64,000 nucleotides of DNA from a virus (IMGVR_UViG_3300047470_000212:32001-96000), one strand, 5' to 3'; shown: positions 36,722-46,843, numbered from the stretch's first letter. The notes: generated by a model not told the origin, from the sequence alone. Numbers and translations: made by a program.

Positions 36722-36986
36722 TCGGGATCCTGACAATCTGGCCCGGCGTAAGGACCGTCCAGTCCAAGATCTCGGGATTGGCGTCGGCGATGTGCCACCA
36801 CATCCGGGCGTCGCCGAAGTACTGCACGGCGAGCAGGTCGATACGGTCGGAGCCGTTCAACTGGTGGTAGGTGAAGTTGAATGCCCACTCCCGCTGCTGG
36901 GATGGCACGAGGGTGAGGTTCGTCCCGCGTCCGGAGGCGACCAGCGTGAGCGTGGATTCTGCATACCGGGAAGTAGCGGAGATCAT
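36714..36986 (-). CDS. LysM/tail-X-like baseplate protein
   Basis: SRY...DRID.LA..Y.GD...WW.IADANP.....L.PG..VRIP. Confidence 0.85.
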   Translation of the reverse strand: MISATSRYAESTLTLVASGRGTNLTLVPSQQREWAFNFTYHQLNGSDRIDLLAVQYFGDARMWWHIADANPEILDWTVLTPGQIVRIPNA

Positions 36987-37741
36987 CGTCCGGCCTTTCC
37001 GTTCGCGCCCTTGGCGAATTCGTCCGGCGTCAGTCCGGCCGGGAGCCTGCCGAAGGACACGAACTCCCCGCCGCCCTTTGGCTTCGGAAGCAACTGCATG
37101 GTGATGCCGACTTGGCAGCGGGACGGGATCATCTGCTGGGTCCAGTGGGTGTACTGGATTTCCAGGTCCTGGATGACCCCGTAGTAGTTCAGGGTGTCGC
37201 CGACGATGAGGTAGACCGGGACGTAGAGCATGGGTCCGGCCGCATCGAAACTGAACTGACCCTTTCGGAAGGACTTCGTGGAGTCGCCCTTGGCGTCCTC
37301 CCCCTCACCGGTTACCGCTACCGACGCGGAAATACCGGTGATCTTGTAGAGCAGGGAGATGTCCCAGCCCACGCCGAGAGCAGGCACGAATACGTTCTCG
37401 GCGCCGGACACCCGGGAGGAGTCCCACATCTCGTAGGTGCGGTCGAACAGCAGGTTGAACTGGACCGTCTGCTGCAACGGCATCAGGAAGTCCTTTGCCG
37501 TCACGTCGTTCGGGTTCAGTGCGTTGTCGTCTGCCTGGACCGCCGAGTTCACGGAGTGGGAAACGTTCAGGACGCTTGGGTTGTAGAGGAAGTTGCACCG
37601 GTAGCGCACTCCGTCGACCGGCTTTTCCTGGATGATGAAGCCACGGCTCAACTTCTTCCCGCCGCCCACAAGGGACTGGAGGCCGGGGAGTTTCGTTATC
37701 CGTGGGTCGAAGGAGCCGTTGTCCTGGATCCGCGTAGCCAT
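36983..37741 (-). CDS. Tail tube initiator-like protein
   Basis: F.YNP..L, F.LLFDRT, GVI..L.I.YTH......P.R; position after the tape measure gene. Confidence 0.7.
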   Translation of the reverse strand: MATRIQDNGSFDPRITKLPGLQSLVGGGKKLSRGFIIQEKPVDGVRYRCNFLYNPSVLNVSHSVNSAVQADDNALNPNDVTAKDFLMPLQQTVQFNLLFDRTYEMWDSSRVSGAENVFVPALGVGWDISLLYKITGISASVAVTGEGEDAKGDSTKSFRKGQFSFDAAGPMLYVPVYLIVGDTLNYYGVIQDLEIQYTHWTQQMIPSRCQVGITMQLLPKPKGGGEFVSFGRLPAGLTPDEFAKGANGKAGR

Positions 37742-37827
37742 CAGACACCCACCGCAAAGTCGAAGCGGCGAGTGTTCCGGAGGCGGGGCCCAGGGCCCCA
37801 GGTATGAAGTCGGTCAGTGAAAGCCAT
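37741..37827 (-). CDS. 28-aa bridging ORF MAFTDRLHTWGPGPRLRNTRRFDFAVGV
   Basis: TAATG overlap with the tape-measure stop and TGATG overlap with the next start; in-frame CTT-CAT-ACC. Confidence 0.65.
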   Translation of the reverse strand: MAFTDRLHTWGPGPRLRNTRRFDFAVGV

Positions 37828-40820
37828 TAGTTACCTGCCGCGATGAGATTGATCCGGTTGTCCTCGGCGATGGCCTGCATGAACTGCTGGGCTGCATCCC
37901 GGGCCGAGCGCTGGTCCATGACGCCCTGTACCTGCACGGTGATCGCACCGGTGTGGAAGTTCAGGGTGGGCGAGGCGCCCTTGGTATGAAGCCCGCCGAC
38001 GCTGGCCATGGCGTTGTTCCCGGCCAGGACGTTACGGATGGCCTCGGCCTGGTAGGCGGGGATGATCATCTCGCCCTTGTGGATGCGTGCCGTCTGGTCG
38101 ACGTCCACGTTGGTCGAGCCGACCGCGTATCCCTTGTAGCCACCGCCGTTGTTCATGCTCTTGATGCCGGGGGTATTTCCCAGCGAGCCGTAGCGGGAGT
38201 CCGCGTAACGCACACCAGCGATGATGTTGTCGACCGGGTTCCAAATGTCTTTATGGCCCTTGATCGAGTAGTGATTGAACGTCGAATCGATGGTCTGCAT
38301 AATGCCCTTGGACGGGTGACCGGCCTTGGCATTGCTGTCCGTCAGGTTGATGGCTCGGGGGTTACCACCGGACTCGTGCATGATCATCGTGTTGACGATC
38401 CGCTCGTTGGCCTTCGAGTCCTGCTTGATGATTCCGAGCGCAGACTTGATCCACTTCGCGACGTTCCCCTTCGGCATAGGGCCGGTAGGAACGCCGTTGT
38501 CGCTCTTCTCCTTCTTGTCCCCGGCACCTCCGCTGGAGCCGACGCTCGCCGAACCGATGGCGGAGATACCGGCCGCGATGGCGTCGGCCTCCTCGGTGGA
38601 CCCGTAACTGCCGACGTCCCCGCCGAAGCCCATGGTGGACAGGCGGTTGTCGGAGGAACCGGCGGTGTCGGTGCTGTCGTCGGACGGGTCGCCCATGTTG
38701 CCGACCGAGCCCAGGATCCGGCGTGCGTTGGTGAACTCGCTTGGCCGGTAGGAGCGGACGCGGACCACGGCGCCCGTGTGCGGCGCCTCGATGATCTTGC
38801 CGTTGCCTATGCACATCACGACGTGATGGGCGGGGTTCCCGTTGAAGAGAAGGTCGCCTGCACGGACCTCGGAGAGTTTCACTGCCGAGCCGGTCTTCTG
38901 CTGCTGCGCAGCCGTGCGGGGAATCGACACACCGATCTGCCGGAACGAGTACTGAAGCAGGCCGGAGCAGTCGAAGCCCTTGGGAGTACTGCCACCCCAC
39001 ACGTACTTCACGCCGAGGTACTTCATGGCGACCTTGATGACCGCAGCGGCCGTCTTGCCTGCGCCCTGCGTACCGGTGGCCTTCGACCCGGACTTACCCG
39101 AGCCTCCCGTGGCGGCCGAGGCGTTGCTCTCCCCGGCGCCACCGAAGATGCCGATACCGGCGCCGATCGCACCACCGACCACAGCACCGACACCGGTACC
39201 GATGACCGGGACGATGGAACCGATCGCAGCACCGGTCAGTGCACCCGTGGCGGTGTCCACGCCGACATGGCCCCACTTGTTGCCAGTCGAGCCCTTCTTG
39301 CTGACCTTGTCGACCAACTGACCACCGAAGTGGTGCGTGCCCAACGCGGCCAGACCGAAGCCACCTGCCGCGCCCAGGGCGGCACCGGACAGGTCCAGCG
39401 CTCCGGCCGCAGTGGCGGAACCTATTGCGCCTCGGGCGGCACCCAGGATGCCTCCCCCACTACTTCCGCCCATGCCAGCGAGACGGCCCACGCTGGCCAG
39501 GCCACGCGCAGCGCCGTAGGCGCCGATACCGCTGCCGATGCTGGAGCCCAGCAGGGAGCCAGCGCCACCACCCCAGCCCAGGAGTGTGTCCGCGCCAGAC
39601 GACTTGAGAACGCTCTGGAGCGCGGTGGAGAACTTGTCCAGGTAGTCCGTAGCGGTCTTGAGACCTTCGGTGAACGCGTCGTTGGTGTTCACGTCTTGGT
39701 TTCGCAGGGTGCCCGCACGAGTCATCAGGGTGTTGGCCGACGAACCGCCGATACCCATCTTCCCGAGCGCGCTCTGAGCGGCGTTCTTCTTCTCCTGCGT
39801 GGAGCCGCTGTCGCGCTGGTTGGCGAGGCTGGTGTACGTCTGCGCGGAGCCTCCGTGGATCTGCGCGAGCATCATGCCCTTGAGTTCACCCTTGACCAGT
39901 TGCAGGGTGTTCGCGTCCAGGCCCCAGGAGTTCAACGACTGGTTCAGACCCGAGCCCGGGTCGTCGAGGGTCGCCGACAACTGTGCGTTCGACTTGACCC
40001 GCTTGAGTTCCGGGAACCGCTGGAAGATCTGCTGGGCGATCTGGCGAGGGCTCTGCTTCTGGCCGCTCTTGATCGTCTGAATGCCCATGCCGCGCAGCGT
40101 GTTGTACGTCGGCGCACTCCACGCGGCGACTGTGCCCTGGGCTCGCTGCGCCTCGGTCATGCCCGGGTTCATGTACCCCGAGGTGCCCTTGACGTAGTTC
40201 CAGTTCGTGTTGAAGTTCGCAGAGCCGGGCGACATGCCCACCTGCGAAATCGTGCCGTAGGCCTGCCCGGCATCCTGGGTGGACGCGGCGGTGAAGTTGT
40301 TCTTGAAGGCCTGGTCCCGCAGGGTGTGCCAGGACTGAGACGAGTACTGCGCCGCCTGGTAGGCGGTCGTCTGCATCAGGACCTGGTCGGGCAACTGCTT
40401 CTGGCCCCAGGCGACAGCAGCGGTGAGACCACCCTTGAGGGTGTGCGGGCTCCTCCGGCCACCGTTGTTGGCTGCGCCACCGCCCTGACGGGTAGTGCCC
40501 GAGCCACCGGATCCGCCGGAACTACCGGAGCCGCCGTTGTTGGCCGCACCGCCGCCCTGCGAGCCGTTGTTGGAGAAGCGGACGCCGCCACCGTTGCCGG
40601 TGCCACCGTTCCGCGACATGTGGTAGTTGCTGGTGCCGTTCCATACGTCACCGAGCGCCATACCGAGGCCTCGGCTGCGGGACATCTGCCCGACACCGGA
40701 ACTCACACCCTGGAGACCCCTGTTGAGGTCCGTCACGGTACGCGCGAGGGCAGAGATCGCGTCCTGGGCCTTGTTCCATCCCAAGAGCGGTCCCTGCCCC
40801 GCCACAGTACTCTCAGCCAT
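37827..40820 (-). CDS. Tape measure protein with NlpC/P60 peptidase and SLT transglycosylase domains
   Basis: LGV.YVWGG.TP.GFDCSGL, HV; ESGGNP.AIN..D.NA..G.PSKG.MQ.I..TF. Confidence 0.9.
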   Translation of the reverse strand: MAESTVAGQGPLLGWNKAQDAISALARTVTDLNRGLQGVSSGVGQMSRSRGLGMALGDVWNGTSNYHMSRNGGTGNGGGVRFSNNGSQGGGAANNGGSGSSGGSGGSGTTRQGGGAANNGGRRSPHTLKGGLTAAVAWGQKQLPDQVLMQTTAYQAAQYSSQSWHTLRDQAFKNNFTAASTQDAGQAYGTISQVGMSPGSANFNTNWNYVKGTSGYMNPGMTEAQRAQGTVAAWSAPTYNTLRGMGIQTIKSGQKQSPRQIAQQIFQRFPELKRVKSNAQLSATLDDPGSGLNQSLNSWGLDANTLQLVKGELKGMMLAQIHGGSAQTYTSLANQRDSGSTQEKKNAAQSALGKMGIGGSSANTLMTRAGTLRNQDVNTNDAFTEGLKTATDYLDKFSTALQSVLKSSGADTLLGWGGGAGSLLGSSIGSGIGAYGAARGLASVGRLAGMGGSSGGGILGAARGAIGSATAAGALDLSGAALGAAGGFGLAALGTHHFGGQLVDKVSKKGSTGNKWGHVGVDTATGALTGAAIGSIVPVIGTGVGAVVGGAIGAGIGIFGGAGESNASAATGGSGKSGSKATGTQGAGKTAAAVIKVAMKYLGVKYVWGGSTPKGFDCSGLLQYSFRQIGVSIPRTAAQQQKTGSAVKLSEVRAGDLLFNGNPAHHVVMCIGNGKIIEAPHTGAVVRVRSYRPSEFTNARRILGSVGNMGDPSDDSTDTAGSSDNRLSTMGFGGDVGSYGSTEEADAIAAGISAIGSASVGSSGGAGDKKEKSDNGVPTGPMPKGNVAKWIKSALGIIKQDSKANERIVNTMIMHESGGNPRAINLTDSNAKAGHPSKGIMQTIDSTFNHYSIKGHKDIWNPVDNIIAGVRYADSRYGSLGNTPGIKSMNNGGGYKGYAVGSTNVDVDQTARIHKGEMIIPAYQAEAIRNVLAGNNAMASVGGLHTKGASPTLNFHTGAITVQVQGVMDQRSARDAAQQFMQAIAEDNRINLIAAGN

Positions 40821-40987
40821 TTTCTGCCTCAGCCATTCGCCTATGTCGCTGCGCCTTGAACCACTTCACCCAGTGAAGACGCTCGCGCACGGTCAACCGG
40901 CGAATCTCGCTGAGGCTCCATGCCGGACTTAGTTCAACTAGTTGCTCGTATTCAAAGTACGTGTCGTGGTAATTACAGGCCCTGAAA
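40813..40987 (-). CDS. Tail chaperone C-terminal extension (GT-like), probably made by +1 frameshift
   Basis: EYEQL......WSLSEI..LT.RER..W motif but no usable start codon; +1 frame relative to the upstream gene. Confidence 0.65.
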
Positions 40988-41836
40988 CAGATCCCCCGCA
41001 CTGATAAAGAGGGGGACCTCCTTTCCACACACATCGTGTGTGAACTTGACATCATTGTACTGAGGGCCAGGTTGCTTTTCCTCAATCGCGTCGAGGATGC
41101 GCTTCCGGTCGATGATGCCCATGGAACGCGCGAACTCGGGATTACCGGTGACGGCATTCTCGGAGCCGTCTGCCTCCACCACGGAAATGAGGCAGCGCGA
41201 AAGCAGGAGGGTGTTCTGCTCGGACTCGGTGGTGCGCTCGACAACGGCGAGGATCGCGTCCTGGTCGGAGCCGACGGGCAGCCGGACGAAAGCCTTCCGG
41301 CCCCGGCGGAGTTCGACTTCGAAGATGCGCTGGGACGGGTCGTCCAGGCGCCGGACGGGGATCTCGTCGAGGGTGACGGAGAGACGGAACTCCTCGCCGC
41401 AGTGCGGGCAGGAGAAGCGCTCCCACACGATCTCGTCGCCGTAGGTAGCGCGCCGGATCTCCATCAGCAGCGCGTCGCGGTCGCCGAGCAGGAGGTTGCC
41501 CAGGAGAGCGGGGCCTGCCTTCTCGTCGCCCACCGAGATGGTGCCGGAGGTGAGCAGGGTGGAGATGAACTTGGCGATGCCGCCCTGGCGGGCCTTGGTG
41601 ATGGCCTCTTCGTCCGCGCCGGTCAGTTCTCGTACCTCGGCGTCGTAACGAGTGCTGGCGAAGTCGTTGCCCAGAACATAGCCGCCCGGCAGGCTGAAAT
41701 TGCCACCTGCCGGGAAGGCTATGTCGGGCTTCTTGACCTCGGTACCCTCGGAGAGCAAAGCCGCAATGGCAGAGTTTGCTGCACCAGGGTTCGCAAGGGG
41801 GTTGGAGTACCCCTCGGTATGAAGGTCGTTAGCCAC
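40973..41836 (-). CDS. Tail assembly chaperone / T4 gp26-like hub assembly protein
   Basis: RELTGADEE, L..GDRD.LL..IR..TYG, CPHCG; located between tube and tape measure. Confidence 0.75.
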   Translation of the reverse strand: MANDLHTEGYSNPLANPGAANSAIAALLSEGTEVKKPDIAFPAGGNFSLPGGYVLGNDFASTRYDAEVRELTGADEEAITKARQGGIAKFISTLLTSGTISVGDEKAGPALLGNLLLGDRDALLMEIRRATYGDEIVWERFSCPHCGEEFRLSVTLDEIPVRRLDDPSQRIFEVELRRGRKAFVRLPVGSDQDAILAVVERTTESEQNTLLLSRCLISVVEADGSENAVTGNPEFARSMGIIDRKRILDAIEEKQPGPQYNDVKFTHDVCGKEVPLFISAGDLFQGL

Positions 41837-41872
41837 TGGTTGTGCTCCTAGTCGAGTTTCGGGAATCCGCTA

Positions 41873-42424
41873 TTAGAAACTAACGGAAGAGGAGCCAGTA
41901 CTGTTAGCCAACTTGAACTCGAAACCCTCATGGGCGAGGGTCATCTGCTGGACGATGATCGCGTTGGCACCCGCGTCCAGGTCGGAGAAGGCCACTGCCG
42001 TCGGCCACGCGTTGTAGACGCGGAATGCCGCCTTGGCGGGAGTGGAGCCGGAAGTCACCGGGTGGTCGAGCACCTTGATGTCGACCATGTGCCGGAATTC
42101 CGCACCGGCCTTTCCGTTGCCGGTGCCCTGGAGGACAGTGAACAACTGCCGCATCCAGTCCATCATCTGGCTGTCGCCGACCGCGAGGCCCTTGGACAGC
42201 GTGATGGGGGCGAAGTCGCTCTGCCCTGGCATTTTCTGGGTCGTAGTGTTCATTCCGCCCTCACGGTACGGAATCACCTCAGTCGTTACGTTCAGCCCCG
42301 AAACGGACATGAAGCCCATGCGGGCGAAGCCCTTGATGCCGGGGTGCTGGATCTGCACCTGGAACTTGAAGTTCCTCAAGGGATCGGTGGCGATGTGCCC
42401 GATGGTGGGCGAAGTCGTAGCCAT
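41873..42424 (-). CDS. Tail tube protein (T4 gp19-like)
   Basis: DPLRNFKF.V, GF..VSGL...TE.I.YREGG, PG......ITL.KG, NAWP, LAHEG. Confidence 0.93.
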   Translation of the reverse strand: MATTSPTIGHIATDPLRNFKFQVQIQHPGIKGFARMGFMSVSGLNVTTEVIPYREGGMNTTTQKMPGQSDFAPITLSKGLAVGDSQMMDWMRQLFTVLQGTGNGKAGAEFRHMVDIKVLDHPVTSGSTPAKAAFRVYNAWPTAVAFSDLDAGANAIIVQQMTLAHEGFEFKLANSTGSSSVSF

Positions 42425-42438
42425 CAGTGGGTTACCTC

Positions 42439-43983
42439 TCAGGAAGTGGTCGTGCTGTCGTTGACGGTGGCCCCGCCGCTGGACTGACCGATCTCGATGA
42501 CGATGAACTCGGCAGGGGTCTGAAGAGCGACACCGACGGAGATGTTCACCGCACCGTTCGCCACCGACGCGGGGGTGTTGTTGGTCGAGTCGCAGACGAC
42601 GAAGAACGACTGGTCCGGAGTGGATCCGGCCAGCACGCCGGTCTGCATCAGCGTCAGCAGGTACTGCGAGATGACGGCGTTGACCTGGTCCCACAGGATC
42701 TGGTCGTTGGGCTCGAACACCGCGAAGCGGGTGGCGTCGAGGATGCCCTTCTTGATCAGCATCAGCGACCGGCGAACGGAGACGTAACGGTCCGGCATGC
42801 CGAGGCTCAGCGTGCGAGCCCCGTAGATGACGAAGCCGGTGCCCGGCATGGACTTGAGCACGTTGACGCCCGCCACGTTCAGCGTGTCCTGGTCGGCGTT
42901 GGAGAACCGGAACTGCACATCGAGCACGCCCTTGAGGACCGTGTCGATACCGGCCGGGGGCTTCTGCACACCGCGCGAGGCGTCGGTGCGGCTGTACTGA
43001 CCGAGGACCGCGCCGCCAGGAGGCAGCAGACGGGCCGAGCCGGACGACGAGGTGGCCGGGTCGTTGACGATCAGCCACGGCCCGTAGATCGCCGCGTACG
43101 AGGACGCACGGATCGCCGAGCCGCCCGAGGACATGCCCTGGAGGCTCAGTGCGTACGAGTGCGCGTTGTCGGCGCTGGTGGCCTTCTGGCCGTCCACGAC
43201 GACGAAGACCGTGCCCTGCCCTTCGGCCCACGTGATGATGGGGTTCAGGACGGTGGAGGAGGTGACACCGGGAACGTTCAGGACCAGGTTCTCCTCGACG
43301 ACCTCCAGCCGCTGGGCAGCGGTGGCCAAGTCAGCCGCAGCCACGCCGTCCGAACCGCCCGCCAGTGGGACGCCCGCCTGGAGCACCGGGGCGTGGTTGG
43401 CCGCCCACGCGGTCTGAAGCAGGCTCTCGACCTGAATGAACGCGGAGCCCGTGACCGGGGAGTTGATCAGGGCCGTCGCGTTGCGGGAGTCGGCAGGGTC
43501 CAGGGAGACGTCGGTGAAGCGCTCCTTGAGGAACGCAGCCGTGGCGCCGCCCACGTAGACGTACAGGTCGAACCGACCGGCGCCGGAGGAGGCCGCCGTG
43601 ACGTCGAGGTAAACGCCGTTGCCCCACCCGCCCGGGGATATCGCCTTGACCTTGAGGGTGTCCTTCGCGGTCGTCTCGGTGTCCTGAAGGGTGACGGACG
43701 CCGTGACCGCGTCGGAGGCGGCAGCGCGCACGATGTAGGCGCTGTTGCCACCGTTGTTGAAGAACTGGTAGACGGCGAACGGGAGCATGTCCGAGGTGTC
43801 GCCGAAGCCGCCGTAGGTGGCGACGTACTGCGAGAAGGACGAGACCAGCGTCGGGGCGAGCGGGCCGCCCTGCTTGGACGTGCCGACGAAGGCCGCGACG
43901 GACTCGCCGGGAGTCGTTGCGGTCTGCGCGAGCGGGGTCAGCGTCTCGTTGATGTAGACACCAGGCCGCTTGTAGACAGTCAT
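42439..43983 (-). CDS. Tail sheath protein
   Basis: Y.RPGVYI.E, YAA.Y.PW, D..RGV.K.PAG, GARTL, YV.VRR, VFEPN, PAEFI. Confidence 0.95.
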   Translation of the reverse strand: MTVYKRPGVYINETLTPLAQTATTPGESVAAFVGTSKQGGPLAPTLVSSFSQYVATYGGFGDTSDMLPFAVYQFFNNGGNSAYIVRAAASDAVTASVTLQDTETTAKDTLKVKAISPGGWGNGVYLDVTAASSGAGRFDLYVYVGGATAAFLKERFTDVSLDPADSRNATALINSPVTGSAFIQVESLLQTAWAANHAPVLQAGVPLAGGSDGVAAADLATAAQRLEVVEENLVLNVPGVTSSTVLNPIITWAEGQGTVFVVVDGQKATSADNAHSYALSLQGMSSGGSAIRASSYAAIYGPWLIVNDPATSSSGSARLLPPGGAVLGQYSRTDASRGVQKPPAGIDTVLKGVLDVQFRFSNADQDTLNVAGVNVLKSMPGTGFVIYGARTLSLGMPDRYVSVRRSLMLIKKGILDATRFAVFEPNDQILWDQVNAVISQYLLTLMQTGVLAGSTPDQSFFVVCDSTNNTPASVANGAVNISVGVALQTPAEFIVIEIGQSSGGATVNDSTTTS

Positions 43984-44023
43984 CTGTTATCTCCTGTTAG
44001 GGGTTATTTCCTGGGGCTCCGAA

Positions 44024-44674
44024 TTACTGATCCGGTGTCTGTGGTGCGGTTACGTCTTCCAGGTAGTACTCGAAGTCCAGTGCCACGGTCTGTGCCTTCA
44101 CGTACTGCAAGGCCGTTGCCGGAAGCATTTCGCTGGAAACAGAGATCAGGTATTCGCGGCGGAACAGCCGCTTTCCGTCCTCGTCTCGGGTGTCGACCAG
44201 CTCGGGCCCCCCAAGCAGATCCAGTCGGCGCACCGTTCCGTCTTCGGGAATCGCGAGGAATCCGAAGCGGGAAGGAATCCGGTCGTGCTGGGCAAGGGCC
44301 GCAGCAAGCGCCATGTCGTGCCAGTAGGTGCGGGAGAAGACGACAATCCGGTACCGCAGGTCGTACGGGATGGGGTACTCGACGATGTACGGGGACTTGG
44401 TGACGTCGTACGACGGGGAGTCCGGGTTCCACCACGGCTCGGAGCCCTCGGGTGCGTACGGGAGCCGTACCTGACCTCGGTGCTCGCGCTCGTCGGCCTT
44501 GTCGATCCCCGCGTGCTCGATGACGATCAGGGGGAACGTCTGCTTGGCCATCTCGCTTTCCGGCACGCGATAGCGCACCGGGACATCACGGCCATCCGGT
44601 GCGTTCACGTCAGTGACGGTGAGGCCCTGGAGTTTCGCCTTTACGGCGCGGTCCTCATTAATGAGCCATGGCAA
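44024..44674 (-). CDS. Tail completion/terminator protein
   Basis: Position directly upstream of the sheath gene; 216 aa. Confidence 0.6.
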   Translation of the reverse strand: MPWLINEDRAVKAKLQGLTVTDVNAPDGRDVPVRYRVPESEMAKQTFPLIVIEHAGIDKADEREHRGQVRLPYAPEGSEPWWNPDSPSYDVTKSPYIVEYPIPYDLRYRIVVFSRTYWHDMALAAALAQHDRIPSRFGFLAIPEDGTVRRLDLLGGPELVDTRDEDGKRLFRREYLISVSSEMLPATALQYVKAQTVALDFEYYLEDVTAPQTPDQ

Positions 44675-44750
44675 AGCGGGCCTCTTGAGATCTCGGAAAG
44701 CGGAAGTCCTCCGGCATTCAGGATCTCAAGAAGCCCGTCGAAGTTTGTAG

Positions 44751-45269
44751 TCAGGCCTTCTGGGACCAGCGCGCGAACTGCGCGTCGTTCACCAGCTCGT
44801 CCGGTTTCATCTGGACACATTCCATGCCGACGATGATGTCTCGGTTCTGGATCTGTCCCAGAACGGAAATCGACGAGACCCGAAATACCGTGTCGTCGTA
44901 GACGATCCGGTCGGTCAGGTACTTCTCGTGGTCGATGTCCTGGTCGGTGAAGCCCATTTTCCGCAGCGCGTCGAACGAGGCGGTGATGTGCAGGTTGTCC
45001 ACCGTGTAGAGACCCTGGGTCGTGTCCTGCGCAGGGCCCTGGTTGTGGACGATGTGCAGCGCAGGGATCCGGTACGGGCCGACGAAGATCTTCCCCTGGC
45101 CCGTGCCCTCGTCGTACAGGTCGTCTCCGGCCGAGTCGGCGTGGGAGAAGCGGTAGTACTCCGCCCGTTCGCCGACCTCTGTCTGGCGCCCTCGAAGGAC
45201 CCCCATGATGTCGGTGGTCTCGTAGGTGGCGTTGAATCTTCCGTGGGTCTTCCAGTCGAGTCGGCCCAT
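44751..45269 (-). CDS. Head-tail joining protein
   Basis: Position in the neck module. Confidence 0.55.
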   Translation of the reverse strand: MGRLDWKTHGRFNATYETTDIMGVLRGRQTEVGERAEYYRFSHADSAGDDLYDEGTGQGKIFVGPYRIPALHIVHNQGPAQDTTQGLYTVDNLHITASFDALRKMGFTDQDIDHEKYLTDRIVYDDTVFRVSSISVLGQIQNRDIIVGMECVQMKPDELVNDAQFARWSQKA

Positions 45270-46084
45270 CAGTAGCCCCAGGATCCGAAGACGCTGGAAG
45301 GCACGCCGGACTCGTCGTCGTTCTGGTGGCCCGGCCCGATTGGCGGGAGGATCCGCTGCGGCAGGGAGTGGTCGTCGTACTCGCGCTCACGGAAGATGGG
45401 CACCAGGCGGCCGGTCGTACGGGAGACCCGGCGCAGGTTGGTGACCTCGATCGAGTACAGGCCGACGCCCATCTTTTCGCAGAGCGTCTTGTACCTATCG
45501 GTGAGCATGCCGATCTGCGTCTGGATCTGGGCGAACCTCTGGCCACGGTCCACCGAAGTGCCGTCCGAGGTCTGCACGTTGATGTCAGTCGCCGCGTCCG
45601 TGGACAGCGCCCACATGGCCTCAATGGCGGCCAGCATGACCACCATGACGTCCTCCTCCGGCGGGAGGGTGGAGACATCGACAGCGACCTCGTCGTACTT
45701 GATGAAGCCGTGGCTGTCCTTGTAGCGGGTCGTGATGGTGCGTCCCCGGTTGTGCTGGGCCAGCGCGTCGTTCAGGTAGTTGTCCAACTCGTCGTCGGCG
45801 AACAGTCCGTACGAGGACCCGGACACCAGCAGCAGGGCATCGAGCGCCAGCGGCTGGGTCAGGTCGAGGATGCCGTTGAGTGCGTCGAGGACGTAGTCGG
45901 CGGGGGTGCTCAGCGTGGTCTGCGAGCCCCCCGAGATATGAAGCACTTCCAGGCCGGTGACGTTGTTCGCACTCAGTTCGTACTGAGCGACGTCACCTGT
46001 GCCCCGGATGGTGTCGCGGAACGGCTGGAGCCGGTCGCCCAGCTCGGAGCGCACCCGGATACGCAGTTCATCGAGAGTTGCCAT
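45269..46084 (-). CDS. Head-tail adaptor-like virion protein
   Basis: L...VR.ELGD...F.DDEL..Y pattern; position. Confidence 0.6.
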   Translation of the reverse strand: MATLDELRIRVRSELGDRLQPFRDTIRGTGDVAQYELSANNVTGLEVLHISGGSQTTLSTPADYVLDALNGILDLTQPLALDALLLVSGSSYGLFADDELDNYLNDALAQHNRGRTITTRYKDSHGFIKYDEVAVDVSTLPPEEDVMVVMLAAIEAMWALSTDAATDINVQTSDGTSVDRGQRFAQIQTQIGMLTDRYKTLCEKMGVGLYSIEVTNLRRVSRTTGRLVPIFREREYDDHSLPQRILPPIGPGHQNDDESGVPSSVFGSWGY

Positions 46085-46100
46085 TCCGCGACTCCTCCTG

Positions 46101-46523
46101 TCAGGCGTTCAGCGTCAGAGCGCCAGCGGCGATCTGGAGCGATTCGTTGGTGACGGCCAGCAGCGGGTCGTCGATGGGCCACACGTAGATGCACGTGCCG
46201 CCCGTACCCGAGACCGTGGTGACCAGGGCCGCGAAGGAGGCCGCGTCGACCATGTCGGCAGTGAACGGGCCGTAGAACAGCAGCGCGTTGTTGGCTGTGG
46301 TCATCGGGGCTCCGGACGGCGCCGTCCACGCCACCTGCTGCCGCGCGTAGCCGGGGGTCGTGATCTCCGCCAGCGTGGTCATGTCGACGGGGGTGCCGTC
46401 ATCGTTGCTCGGGTCGGCGGTGAGCAGAGCCAGGTAGGTGTTGCGGGGAGCGGTGTAGGCCACCGCCCGGCCGGTGAGGAAGTCCAGGGCGTTGCCCGCC
46501 CAGGTGGGGACAGTACCGGCCAT
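46101..46523 (-). CDS. Virion structural protein
   Basis: YLAL.TADP......E....GYARQ.V.W. Confidence 0.65.
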   Translation of the reverse strand: MAGTVPTWAGNALDFLTGRAVAYTAPRNTYLALLTADPSNDDGTPVDMTTLAEITTPGYARQQVAWTAPSGAPMTTANNALLFYGPFTADMVDAASFAALVTTVSGTGGTCIYVWPIDDPLLAVTNESLQIAAGALTLNA

Positions 46524-46822
46524 CAGGCATCACTCTTCTTGAACAGGCGCAGGAAGTCGGACAGGTGCAGGGAGAAGTGCCGTACGGCCGTGCCCGGCGC
46601 GTGAGCGCCTGCATCGGTGATCACGTGGGTGTCGTGCTCGTAGGCGAGGAGGACTGAGTCCTCACCCGCGTGGCCAACGCCAGCGGTGCCTGCCGGGTGG
46701 ACGTCGACCACGGACACCACGGAGCCGGAGGGAACGTGTCCCAGCCCGGCCCCGAAGCCCTCGGCGTTCTCCAGCACGAACGTCTCCCCAGCAGTGGGGG
46801 TGACAGGAGCGGGAGTCTTCAT
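46523..46822 (-). CDS. Hypothetical protein
   Basis: AAGGAG RBS; TGATG overlap. Confidence 0.6.
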   Translation of the reverse strand: MKTPAPVTPTAGETFVLENAEGFGAGLGHVPSGSVVSVVDVHPAGTAGVGHAGEDSVLLAYEHDTHVITDAGAHAPGTAVRHFSLHLSDFLRLFKKSDA

Positions 46823-46843
46823 GGGATAGGTCTCCTTGGACCG

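Noticed and set aside
42439-43983. Extracellular contractile injection system or tailocin
   Set aside because: Capsid, portal, terminase and replisome are all present, so this is a complete phage.
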